64,000 nt of DNA, taken from the NCBI GenBank assembly GCA_052325425.1, contig JBKQUY010000045.1:26739-90738 (forward strand), in the 5' to 3' direction. A program made the position numbers and the translations under genes. This DNA comes from Bacteroidia bacterium. GTDB taxonomy: Bacteria; Bacteroidota; Bacteroidia; JABEUT01. Shown here in pieces: positions 1 through 8,519 of the stretch (its first letter is position 1; every line of letters starts with the position of its first letter). The notes under the pieces are model-generated. The model had not been told where the DNA came from. It made no database searches and was given only the letters and a program-made list of their open reading frames with translations.

Positions 1-107
1 GCAATCCATAATCCCGCCATCGGGGGATGACGGCATAGCAGGTTAACGTGTCGTTGGAGCTACACACCGAGAAATTCGCGGTGATTTACATGAGCCTATA
101 ATACAGT

Positions 108-704
108 TTATGTTCTTGCAAAAGTAAGCAAGGGCTGCACGTTACCTTTATCCGCCTCCCTGATTGCACGCAGGTAATTTGCACGCGCGTCACCCGGTTT
201 GTTCAGGTTACCGCCGCTCCACGTAAATACAGTTTTACCAAAAACATGGCTCACAATTATATCAGCTATCAGGCGCGAGTGGCGGCCATTGCCGTTAGGG
301 AAGCAATGTATATTGACTATGCCGTGCTTGAACCGCATAGCTATTTCTTCTTCGGGGTATGTTTTATTATCTATCCAATAGAGGCAATCACCGTTCAATT
401 GTTTTAATGATACCCCTATCTGATGCCAATCAACGCCGATGTTCTTATTCGTCTTCCTGAACTCCCCTGCCCATCGCCATACACCGCCCAACATGCGGGT
501 ATGCAATTCACGTACAAAATCCTCCGTTACAATGCGTTCTCTCTTAAACCTGTTGTTCAGTGACCATGCAACAGCCTCTTCGATATTCTGCTGTTCAAAT
601 TCATCAAGTTCGCCACGGGTGGTAATGGATTGTATGAGCAAGCCGTCTTTCTCGTCTTCGTCGAGGGGCGTTTGTCCGTCAATATATTCAATTTCTAATC
701 CCAT
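108..704 (-). CDS. Fic-domain protein (mobile mystery protein B type)
   Basis: 198-aa ORF with Fic motif HCFPNGNGRHSRL (HxFxxGNGRxxR). It overlaps the upstream HTH gene by 10 nt. Confidence 0.85.
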   Translation of the reverse strand: MGLEIEYIDGQTPLDEDEKDGLLIQSITTRGELDEFEQQNIEEAVAWSLNNRFKRERIVTEDFVRELHTRMLGGVWRWAGEFRKTNKNIGVDWHQIGVSLKQLNGDCLYWIDNKTYPEEEIAMRFKHGIVNIHCFPNGNGRHSRLIADIIVSHVFGKTVFTWSGGNLNKPGDARANYLRAIREADKGNVQPLLTFART

Positions 705-1159
705 AGGTATTTCGGCATTGTGTTTATGATTTCCGATGCCCTGCTTTTTATGGCCTTTTCAATCCTGACATCGGTGTTCTTCTGATCCTCCAGCATCATA
801 GAGTTGGAGGTACGGAGAACAATTTCACGTGCAACCTGGTTGGCGCGTTCTTCTATCATCCCTTCAAGGGTTTTGCCTTTCGGAATGACCCCATAGACCA
901 GTTGCATATCAAGCCCGGCGGCGGCCTCACGCAATGTCTTTATGGTGATGGATCCGTCAGCTTCGCGTTGTTCTATTTCTTTTACGCTTTGCGGAGACAC
1001 CTTGAGGCGTAAGCCAAGCTGACGCAATGACATCTTGAGGGCTTTGCGTATGGTGGTAATCCATCCGCCCTGCGGGACTACCGTATTTTGTAATGGTTTT
1101 AACAGGGCAAGTTTACGATCAACCTGCTCTATAATAAGTTTCTGTTTCTTGGTATCCAT
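695..1159 (-). CDS. XRE-type helix-turn-helix protein (mobile mystery protein A type), partner of the Fic protein
   Basis: 154-aa ORF with HTH segment MSLRQLGLRLKVSPQSVKEIEQ. Overlapping arrangement with the Fic gene. Confidence 0.75.
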   Translation of the reverse strand: MDTKKQKLIIEQVDRKLALLKPLQNTVVPQGGWITTIRKALKMSLRQLGLRLKVSPQSVKEIEQREADGSITIKTLREAAAGLDMQLVYGVIPKGKTLEGMIEERANQVAREIVLRTSNSMMLEDQKNTDVRIEKAIKSRASEIINTMPKYLWD

Positions 1160-1242
1160 AAGGTTATAGCTTTAAAATGACCATACAAATTTAAGGTTAT
1201 ATCCTTAAATAGCAATATATATTTTAAGGACATATCCTTAAA
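1158..1242. promoter_or_regulatory. operator-like palindromes upstream of the HTH/Fic operon
   Basis: TTTAAGGTTATATCCTTAAA (1190-1209) and TTTAAGGACATATCCTTAAA (1223-1242), plus a degenerate copy at 1158-1176 overlapping the start codon. Spacing is ~32 bp. Confidence 0.45.
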
Positions 1243-1674
1243 TAATAGAATAACCAGGATATTGAATATAGTTGTATATCGTTGATAATGAGTGATTAAT
1301 ATCTTTCTCAGTATAAATAACATGAAAGGATTGCCTAAAACCCAATCCAGCCATCCATGGATAGCGGCATAGCGGGGTAACGCGCCTTTGGCGGCATCAA
1401 GTAAAAACAGTTCAAAACAACCGTGCATGAATGTTTTTCGCAAAAAAGCTCGTTTCGGTCTATTTGTAATGGCAGTGACTGTACCGCCAGTAGTACAAAC
1501 CGTGACCCGGTCCAGTGCTCTTATCGCCTTGCATACCAGTGCGATAAGCTTCAAAAGCGCCGTTTTACTTTTAATTTCGGTGGCGGCAGCACTGCCCCAT
1601 CCAGCGCTGAGTGTACGCCCGAAGCTGGAGCCAAATGGATGTGTTTTTGGCCTGTTTTTGCTTGTTTTTGAGTC

Positions 1675-2004
1675 TTATAATAACTCTGTCTTTACCCTTG
1701 GCGGTTGCACACCTATTTCAGCAAATACATTTTGTATTATTTCTTTCGTCCGGTCCGCATAGCGCTGGGGCAATATGAATGAATCATGCACGGTTAAAAA
1801 TGGCCTTATACCTTCATCAAGCATAAGTTGTGCAATTTTTCTCATTACTCTTGATTCACCGCGTTGTAGCATACAACTTAGTGTTTCATGGTATGATTTC
1901 CTCGGTACAAATTCATTGCCATGCTTAACAAATACATCCTTAATGAACGGTAATGTTTCCTCATTAAGGTAGTAGTAAGATAAACTGGAATGTAAAACCT
2001 GCAC
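1675..2004 (-). pseudogene. C-terminal remnant of a polymerase-like protein (palm motif C-like ..GIRPFLTVHDSF..)
   Basis: 109-aa ORF with no upstream coding continuation. The segment ESRVMRKIAQLMLDEGIRPFLTVHDSF resembles the region around motif C of single-subunit (T7-like/family A) polymerases. The same frame stays open past the TAA at 1675-1677. Confidence 0.3.
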
Positions 2005-2019
2005 TTTTGCATCACATAG

Positions 2020-2200
2020 TGAAACATAATTATGTTTCAGTTTGGACCAACTATATTATATAAACGCAATGCAAAAAGTTGCAGGGATAATTTCTTTGAT
2101 GGGTTTATATAAAAAACCCATCTGGAACCAACTACATTATATTAGGATATTATAAAAGGTTGCAGGCGTAGTCACAAAAAAAGTTTCATGAAAATGAAAC
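2020..2200. repeat. iteron/origin-like noncoding block
   Basis: Perfect 20-bp palindrome TGAAACATAATTATGTTTCA (2020-2039). Two ~43-bp direct repeats GGA(A)CCAACTAYATTATAT..AAAARGTTGCAGG (2044-2086, 2124-2168). Hairpins at 2101-2119 and 2183-2200. Confidence 0.5.
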
Positions 2201-2592
2201 ATTGTAACAATCGCAATGATATAAACTGGTTATGCCGTTGGTAAGCAACATAGCCCCGTAAAACCAGAACAGAAAACAATCCGTCATAATCTGAAACATT
2301 TTTGCAGCCATCAATAAAATATGGTTAGCCCAAGTTTAACCAACCACAATAACTAAGGCGATGAGTTCATTGTTTTAAAAAATTTATCGCCTGATAATCT
2401 GCATCTTATGATGGAATACTACTCCAAATCCCCAAAGAAGTGAAACTCCCGGCCAACTTCAGTAATACAATAGGCAAAAACTAAAAATGAAGGAGGGTTG
2501 CACTATTTAAAAGTACATGCGGAAGTACTGAATCATGAAATCAAAGTTATACAGGAGTGCCCTGTTCACAATAAAAACAAAAACCTATAAAA

Positions 2593-3336
2593 ATGAAACA
2601 CATAATACACGTTCTAAACACACTAAACTGCGACACAGTGGTTGTCAATAAACTGGTGGATAACAGCAAAACTGTTCATTACCATAAAAGGGGTGAAGAA
2701 ACCCTTATGATAAAAAAAATGCCTGGAGGCAAACGGGTAAAAGCTCTCGATTTGGTACATACATACTATTATGATCGTAATAATGAATGTACCTTAAGTG
2801 TTGAGCCATGTGGGGAAACAGTAAAGTGTACGTTTTACCCCACCAACTACAGGAATGGTAAAAAAAGAGGCTATACTACCGTATTAGGCAACGTAAGATC
2901 AATTGTTGAAGCGGAAGATATGGCATTTGGCGATCAGAAAATGCTGTCGGCAGAACCAGTTACCATACCGGAAAAAATTTCCGACCGCTGCAGGTATTAT
3001 ATGCCTGATGATCTTTTAGAGGGGCAGAAACCCGCATTTGTGCAAATACACACAGACCAGAATGATATTTTTTTCTACCATAAATGGAAGAAAGGAGGAT
3101 TGCACTTTCTTACCAATTCGGTTGGTGACATATTCCTTGGTGTTAATGTAACGGAAAGGGGAATACCATCTATAATATACTATGGCGGACTTGAGTATAA
3201 TGATTATGGGTGGCTTGAACGAGCAAGATCATTTTATAATGTAAAAATGCAGCGAACTTATACTGAGGCGATAGAAGTAGGCCTTGATACACTTGATATA
3301 ACTGTTCCAATAAGAGGTTCTGAATTATATGTGTAA
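2593..3336 (+). CDS. hypothetical protein
   Basis: 247-aa ORF with no motif I recognise. AT-rich. Its stop overlaps the opening of the integrase frame. Confidence 0.5.
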   Translation: MKHIIHVLNTLNCDTVVVNKLVDNSKTVHYHKRGEETLMIKKMPGGKRVKALDLVHTYYYDRNNECTLSVEPCGETVKCTFYPTNYRNGKKRGYTTVLGNVRSIVEAEDMAFGDQKMLSAEPVTIPEKISDRCRYYMPDDLLEGQKPAFVQIHTDQNDIFFYHKWKKGGLHFLTNSVGDIFLGVNVTERGIPSIIYYGGLEYNDYGWLERARSFYNVKMQRTYTEAIEVGLDTLDITVPIRGSELYV

Positions 3337-3944
3337 CCAAAACAGAATTCAATAAGCTGCTTGAAACAGTTACTTATGAGAATGGCTTTGCATCAAAACA
3401 CGGCGAAACAAGGAACTACTATAGACCCTGGCTTGTGCATTCTTATAGGTTGGCGTTGGAAACGGGGGAGAGGGCAGAACCACTGGTTAGGTTGAAATGG
3501 AATGATATTATTGAAGTGGATGGTGGTATAGAAATGTTTAAGATTCAAAACCTTAAAGTAAATAGAATACAAACGGGCGAGAGTAAGGGTAAGTATGTCC
3601 GATATATTCCCATAACAAAGGGGTTGAAAGCATTGCTTATAGAACTCGGGTATAATGAAAAGAAAGGCAGCGATGAATATGTTTTAAAAACAGATGCCGG
3701 TGAATCAGTAGCCTATATCATGCAACTGATTACACGGAGTTTTAGCCATTACGTTGCAAAAGCCGGTTTACGCCATATCGTATTCAAGGATTTAAGGAAA
3801 ACCTATATTTCGCATCTGACAGTTGCAATGGGTTCAAATGCTAAGATGTATACCGGTCATAATGGCGATGCCAGGGTTATTGAGCAACACTACTTATCGC
3901 AGGCCTTTTTAAGTAGCAATCTGAAAGACTTTGATGTTCTGTAA
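3324..3944 (+). pseudogene. tyrosine recombinase/integrase, catalytic domain only (N-terminally truncated)
   Basis: Frame is open from 3324 with no ATG (the track starts at GTG 3435). Catalytic-domain landmarks: ETGERAEPLVRLKWNDI (Arg box), FKDLRKTYISHL, YTGHNGDARVIEQHY (His..Tyr). No arm-binding or core-binding domain is present. Confidence 0.8.
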
Positions 3945-3970
3945 CCATGCCAGGATAGGAAATATTGCCT

Positions 3971-4147
3971 GGTGCGTATTTTTGGTGTGCACTTTCTTAG
4001 GGCCTGGGGTTCCTTCCCTTATTTGACGCATGAATTCACTGGTTATGAAACTGCAAAATGATACTGAAAATCCTTGTGTCGCTGGTTCAATTCCAGCTGG
4101 TACCACACTCAGACAATTAAGTCCCATAGTAATGCGGGACTTTTTTT
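3971..4147 (+). repeat. att-like unit 1: arm-type GGTGYRYA direct repeats + tRNA-Phe(GAA) 3' half + hairpin terminator
   Basis: GGTGCGTA (3971-3978) and GGTGTGCA (3984-3991). ATGATACTGAAAATCCTTGTGTCGCTGGTTCAATTCCAGCTGGTACCA (4058-4105) runs from the anticodon loop through variable loop and T-arm to the acceptor 3' strand. No 5' half is present. Hairpin plus T7 at 4121-4147. Confidence 0.75.
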
Positions 4148-4414
4148 ATTCTTCTGGTGCGGAATTGAGGTGCCGGGTTTAAAGAGTATATAAAGCATTT
4201 TGAGTAAGGTAAAATTCAGATAACAATTACTCCTGCTAAAAGAAGTACTCTAAATTTGTAAGATTTTGGAGAGGCAAACTTATTGAAAGTGACAAGTGAT
4301 ACTGAATACAATTTTCATAAAACAACCCCAGCCCTCAACAGGAAAATATGATGAAATAGAATAAAGGAAACTTCATTGATAAACTTAAATTAACGGCCAT
4401 TAAAAATCATTCTC

Positions 4415-6157
4415 ATGTTCTGTCCTTGTTGCAAATATGAAGGTCAATTCTTGTCTTTTAGAACAAGACAGGAAGTTATTTGCCCCAATTGTAAGGCACA
4501 TGGAAGACACAGATTACTTTGGATGTTCCTGTTAAAACGAACCACTATTTTTAAGCCTGCCCCTAAAAGGCTTTTACACTTTGCCCCTGAAAATATATTT
4601 TATGAACATTTCAATAAATTGCCATTCATAGATTATGTTCCATGCGATAAGTTTGAGAAAGGGTACACCTATCCGCCAAAAACCTTACATGCTGACATAA
4701 CCGATATCCCCTTTGAAACTGATTCAATGGATTATATTATTTGTTCTCACGTGCTGGAGCATGTTCAGAATGATAAAAAAGCTATCGGAGAGTTGTACCG
4801 GGTTTTGAAGCCAGGTGGTCAGTTATTTTTACAAGTACCCCTGGATAAGAATCTTGCGAGCACACATGAAGATGATTTGGTAGTAAGTAATGAAGATAGA
4901 GAAAAGTTTTTTTGGCAATGGGATCATGTAAGATTATATGGCAATGACTTTATAGAAAGAGCAGGCAATTCCGGCTTCAAAACGGAACAAGTGTCAGCCA
5001 AATCCTTTTTAAGTGAAGCAGAGGTGGCAGACTATAAATGCAATGGTGATATTTATGTGTGCTTTAAACCGGTAAATGATTCGCTCCCTTCTCAACCGGA
5101 GGTTTCACAAAAGCTAAAAGAAAAACTGCTGGATACGTCATCATTTGAAAGTGTTGACCTGAAACTAAATAAGTATAATGCCCAGGTTGATATCCGGAAT
5201 CAATCAAAAATTGAAATTGCAGGCGCTGAGCGGTACACCTATGTTGATGATTTATGGATACTGAGTTCCTATTATAATCCGGAGAAATATAAAACGAAAA
5301 GGTATAATTATGAAACCTTTGTTGAGAAGATAAATAAGTCAAATTTAAACTATCGTATAATTGAATGCGCTTTTGGAAGAGACCCGTTTGAATTGCCTGC
5401 ATCGAAAAATGTTATACAAATCAGGGCGAGAGATGTAATGTGGCAAAAAGAACGATTATTGAACCATGCCATAAAACTATTACCGGCCAGTTGTACAAAG
5501 GTTGCATGGGTAGATTGCGATATATTATTTGAAAACCCTGAATGGGCGGTTGATACTTCTGTAGCGCTGGACCACTATAAGGTGGTTCAACCTTTTGAAT
5601 TTGCAGTCAGATTGCCTAAAGACGTTTTAAGTTTCAAAGGGATAGGAGACCTGTATTCGGGTTTTGGATATATTTATAAGAACTACCCTAACATTTTAAC
5701 TACAGGTAATTTTGCTAATCACGGGCATACAGGTTTCGCCTGGGCGGCTCAAAGAAGTATTCTTGAAAAGTATGGGTTATATGATGTTTGTATTGGGGGA
5801 ACGGCAGATCATGTTATGGCACACGCTTTTTGCGGTGACTGGGATACAGGATGCATAAATAGATTTATTGGCGCAAACAAGAATTTTTATAATCACTACC
5901 TGGACTGGTGTAAATCTATGTACAAAGAAGTGAAAGGGAAAGTCTCCTATGTCCAGGGCACTATACTGCATTTATGGCATGGAGAGATTGCAAATCGTAT
6001 GTATGCAGAAAGGGAGAGAAATCTTGAAGTGTTAAAATATAATCCATATAAAGATTTGAAAAAATCTAAAAATGGGCCATGGGAATGGAATACGAGGAAT
6101 AAAGAATTGAAAGAGTTTACACGTAACTATTTTGCATATAGAAAGGAAGACGGGTAA
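4415..6157 (+). CDS. fusion protein: zinc-ribbon + class I SAM-dependent methyltransferase + C-terminal nucleotide-sugar-transferase-like domain
   Basis: N-terminus CPCC..CPNC. MTase-like DYIICSHVLEHV and LKPGGQLFLQVP. C-terminal ~330 aa has a VAWVDCD (DxD-like) motif. Confidence 0.65.
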   Translation: MFCPCCKYEGQFLSFRTRQEVICPNCKAHGRHRLLWMFLLKRTTIFKPAPKRLLHFAPENIFYEHFNKLPFIDYVPCDKFEKGYTYPPKTLHADITDIPFETDSMDYIICSHVLEHVQNDKKAIGELYRVLKPGGQLFLQVPLDKNLASTHEDDLVVSNEDREKFFWQWDHVRLYGNDFIERAGNSGFKTEQVSAKSFLSEAEVADYKCNGDIYVCFKPVNDSLPSQPEVSQKLKEKLLDTSSFESVDLKLNKYNAQVDIRNQSKIEIAGAERYTYVDDLWILSSYYNPEKYKTKRYNYETFVEKINKSNLNYRIIECAFGRDPFELPASKNVIQIRARDVMWQKERLLNHAIKLLPASCTKVAWVDCDILFENPEWAVDTSVALDHYKVVQPFEFAVRLPKDVLSFKGIGDLYSGFGYIYKNYPNILTTGNFANHGHTGFAWAAQRSILEKYGLYDVCIGGTADHVMAHAFCGDWDTGCINRFIGANKNFYNHYLDWCKSMYKEVKGKVSYVQGTILHLWHGEIANRMYAERERNLEVLKYNPYKDLKKSKNGPWEWNTRNKELKEFTRNYFAYRKEDG

Positions 6158-6313
6158 TATTTAAAGATTTTTAACACTATTATCTCAAGGGGAGCACAAG
6201 AGATGTTCTCCGTTGTATTCTAATTGTATATGAAGCATAAATTGCAATTAATTATATATTTGGGTTTTGATGTTTACTGTTACCTATTTCACTTAACAGG
6301 TCAATTTTAAAGA

Positions 6314-7603
6314 ATGCAAAGGAATAAGACTACCTGGTATTTTCTATTATGTATACTAATATGTATATTACCGGTTTCCTGTGATATTCAGAAAAGACTT
6401 TATATGCCGGGGTATTTTATTCAAAAGGGAAGTTCCTTGTCGGGTAGAGTTTATTTAGCGGGGAAGTATACATCAAGAAATTTACCTGAGAGTAATATTG
6501 ACGATTCCTCTCAGATTGCTTTTAATCCTCAAAGCCCGTCATGGCTTAATTATATAAGCAATAAAACTATTATAGAAAAAGCTAAAAACTCTCTGCCTGT
6601 TTATATAAAAAATAAACCGCTGCATAATAATGGAATACTTTCAGAAGCCCGGCACTATAATGCGATAGTTCCACTTGAAAAAGTAAATAACAATATAGAC
6701 AACGTTAAGCCAGTGGGAAGCAATACACCTACGCTGGGTAAGGAAAAAGCGGGTAGCATTCCCGGCCCTATAAGGAATAACGAATATGAAAACCTTATAC
6801 TTGCCTTTTTAGCTGGTGCGGGTTCTGTTTTGTTGTTATCGGCAATGCGAAGTGGCATAAAGAAATACAAAAGTTACCTTAATAATTCAAAGTCAGAAGC
6901 AAATGAGGCGAAAAAAAACAAAGAGGAAATTGCCAATATGGCTGACAGGCTTGACAGATGCGCCGACAGGTTTGCGAATGCAAAGAATGAAAAAGTGGAG
7001 TTAGCTGCACGCAAAGCAGCAATTGCAATTACTAAATGCGATGATATCAGCAGGGCAAAAAAGCTTGAGAAAGCATTTAACGATACATACCTTTCTTCAT
7101 CCCAGGCTTCTGCCATACAGCATTTAAAGTTTAATAACTTATTAAGCAATGATTTAGGGTATGGTGGCACTACCGGCACACTGAAACCTGATGTGATAAC
7201 AACAACCGGAGGCTACTATGCAAACAGTGCCGGTTCTTTAAGCTGGACAATGGGAGAGCCCATTTCAGAGACAGTTTCAGACACCACCAACACCCTTACT
7301 CAAGGGTTTCAGCAAGGAGCGTATTCGGTAGTATCAGTTGTTAATGAGTCAACTCAATCAACAATTAATATATCTGTGTATCCTAACCCGGTCACTTCAT
7401 TGTTAAATATCAGGAGCGACTCCAGTGATCCTTTCCGTGCTGAGATAATTGACTTGGAGGGTAATATTATTGATGAACGGCTTTTTGAAAATGGGCAAGG
7501 GCAGATAGATTTAAGCAATCTTTCAGATGCTATGTATCTTTTAGGAGTTTATGACAAGGACGGAAACAGAATAAAAGTATATAAAATACAGAAAGTAGAT
7601 TAA
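6314..7603 (+). CDS. secreted/lipoprotein-like protein with T9SS C-terminal sorting domain
   Basis: N-terminal signal ending in LPVSC, one internal hydrophobic helix, and C-terminus ISVYPNPVTSLLNI..MYLLGVYDKDGNRIKVYKIQKVD. Confidence 0.7.
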   Translation: MQRNKTTWYFLLCILICILPVSCDIQKRLYMPGYFIQKGSSLSGRVYLAGKYTSRNLPESNIDDSSQIAFNPQSPSWLNYISNKTIIEKAKNSLPVYIKNKPLHNNGILSEARHYNAIVPLEKVNNNIDNVKPVGSNTPTLGKEKAGSIPGPIRNNEYENLILAFLAGAGSVLLLSAMRSGIKKYKSYLNNSKSEANEAKKNKEEIANMADRLDRCADRFANAKNEKVELAARKAAIAITKCDDISRAKKLEKAFNDTYLSSSQASAIQHLKFNNLLSNDLGYGGTTGTLKPDVITTTGGYYANSAGSLSWTMGEPISETVSDTTNTLTQGFQQGAYSVVSVVNESTQSTINISVYPNPVTSLLNIRSDSSDPFRAEIIDLEGNIIDERLFENGQGQIDLSNLSDAMYLLGVYDKDGNRIKVYKIQKVD

Positions 7604-7623
7604 CAACATTTAATAATTAACCG

Positions 7624-8151
7624 ATGAAAAAACATGTAGCATTTATTTCAGCACTTCTGTTATTATCGTGCACTTATGCATTCGGGCAGGCGCCTCAGGC
7701 ATTCAAGTATCAAACCAAAGCCAAAGATGCGTCAGGAAATAACATAGTGAACAGAAGTGTATCGTTCAGGATGAGTATAGTACAAGGCAATATGTCGGGC
7801 CCTGTAGTTTATAAAGAAACCGATACAGCAACCACAAACGCGTTCGGCTTAGCTACTTTAGATATTGGAGAAGGCATGGTTATTTCAGGAAGTATGTCTG
7901 CAATTAACTGGAGTAATGGCCCCTATTTTATTAAAATAGAATTCGACCCAAATGGTGGCAACAATTTTACATTAATGGGAATATCACAAATGTTATCAGT
8001 GCCATACGCATTGTATTCGCAATCATCCGGCGCTGTATATTCTAAAACACCGGGACAGGGAATGATACTTTCTTCGCCTAACGGCAATTGCTGGCAAATA
8101 ACTGTCAGTAATACCGGTGTAATTACGGCTACAGCTATTACTTGCCCATAA
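7624..8151 (+). CDS. small secreted hypothetical protein
   Basis: 175-aa ORF with signal peptide MKKHVAFISALLLLSCTYAFGQ. It starts 20 nt after the preceding gene. Confidence 0.6.
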   Translation: MKKHVAFISALLLLSCTYAFGQAPQAFKYQTKAKDASGNNIVNRSVSFRMSIVQGNMSGPVVYKETDTATTNAFGLATLDIGEGMVISGSMSAINWSNGPYFIKIEFDPNGGNNFTLMGISQMLSVPYALYSQSSGAVYSKTPGQGMILSSPNGNCWQITVSNTGVITATAITCP

Positions 8152-8519
8152 ATTTTTCATTATACGGAAGCAGCCCTTATAAATGTTACTAAAATTGGGT
8201 GCGCTTTTTGCTTCATTAACTTCTGTGTTCATTATGGAATGGGGCCAAGCACAATCTCCCCAACTATGAGATTATGCTGATGGTGCAGATGTGATAGCGT
8301 TTTTCTAAATAGGAATGCGCTTTCATCTGAACAACTTCAGATGATCTGTTGAAAATTGAACTTATTTAGTATCAATCGTTTAATACCACATCAATAAAAT
8401 TCTCCCGGTTTATAATACTTTGATAAAGAACTATGTGTAATTTTGCCGTACTTGAAAAAAATTGCAGGCATGCCTGCAGAAAAAAGTTCAGTACTATAAC
8501 TTACAAAACCCCCCCCCAA

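Larger units (their letters stand above)
1..4147. mobile_element. right-hand portion of a degraded integrative/mobilizable element (Fic-HTH pair, polymerase-like remnant, iteron-like block, truncated integrase, att-like end)
   Basis: Gene content is typical of mobile DNA. An integrase catalytic-domain fragment is directly followed by arm-type repeats and a tRNA-Phe 3' half. The left boundary is outside the window. Confidence 0.55.

Noticed and set aside
1129-1762. ORFs 1129..1554 (minus strand), 1388..1762 and 1423..1671 (plus strand)
   Set aside because: They overlap one another, use non-ATG starts, run into the AT-rich operator region and have no motifs. The minus-strand one is better explained as the decayed continuation of the polymerase-like remnant.
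4058-4105. The four tRNA-Phe-like segments read as functional tRNA-Phe genes
   Set aside because: None has a D-arm, a 5' acceptor strand (GGTACCA is absent ~36 nt upstream) or a 5' anticodon-stem strand complementary to TCCTT. Copies 2 and 4 also have T-stem mismatches.
3909-4127. ORFs 3909..4127, 16084..16308 and 18591..18788 (minus strand), each containing ..GIEPATQGF..
   Set aside because: The shared peptide is simply the reverse-strand translation of the tRNA-Phe T-arm and variable loop. They are artefacts of the att-like units, not genes.
8463-8478. The CTGCAGGCATGCCTGCAG-like palindrome (PstI-SphI-PstI) as cloning-vector polylinker contamination
   Set aside because: Only 12 nt resemble a pUC-type polylinker. 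The flanks are native AT-rich intergenic DNA and the motif is a symmetric palindrome, unlike a polylinker.
8433-8519. Upstream-extended starts of several ORFs (8433, 16822, 18813, 23065, 32106, 32845, 52206, 57364, 57475)
   Set aside because: In each case a downstream ATG begins a canonical signal peptide or conserved N-terminus. The extensions use TTG or GTG codons or run through terminators or hairpins.
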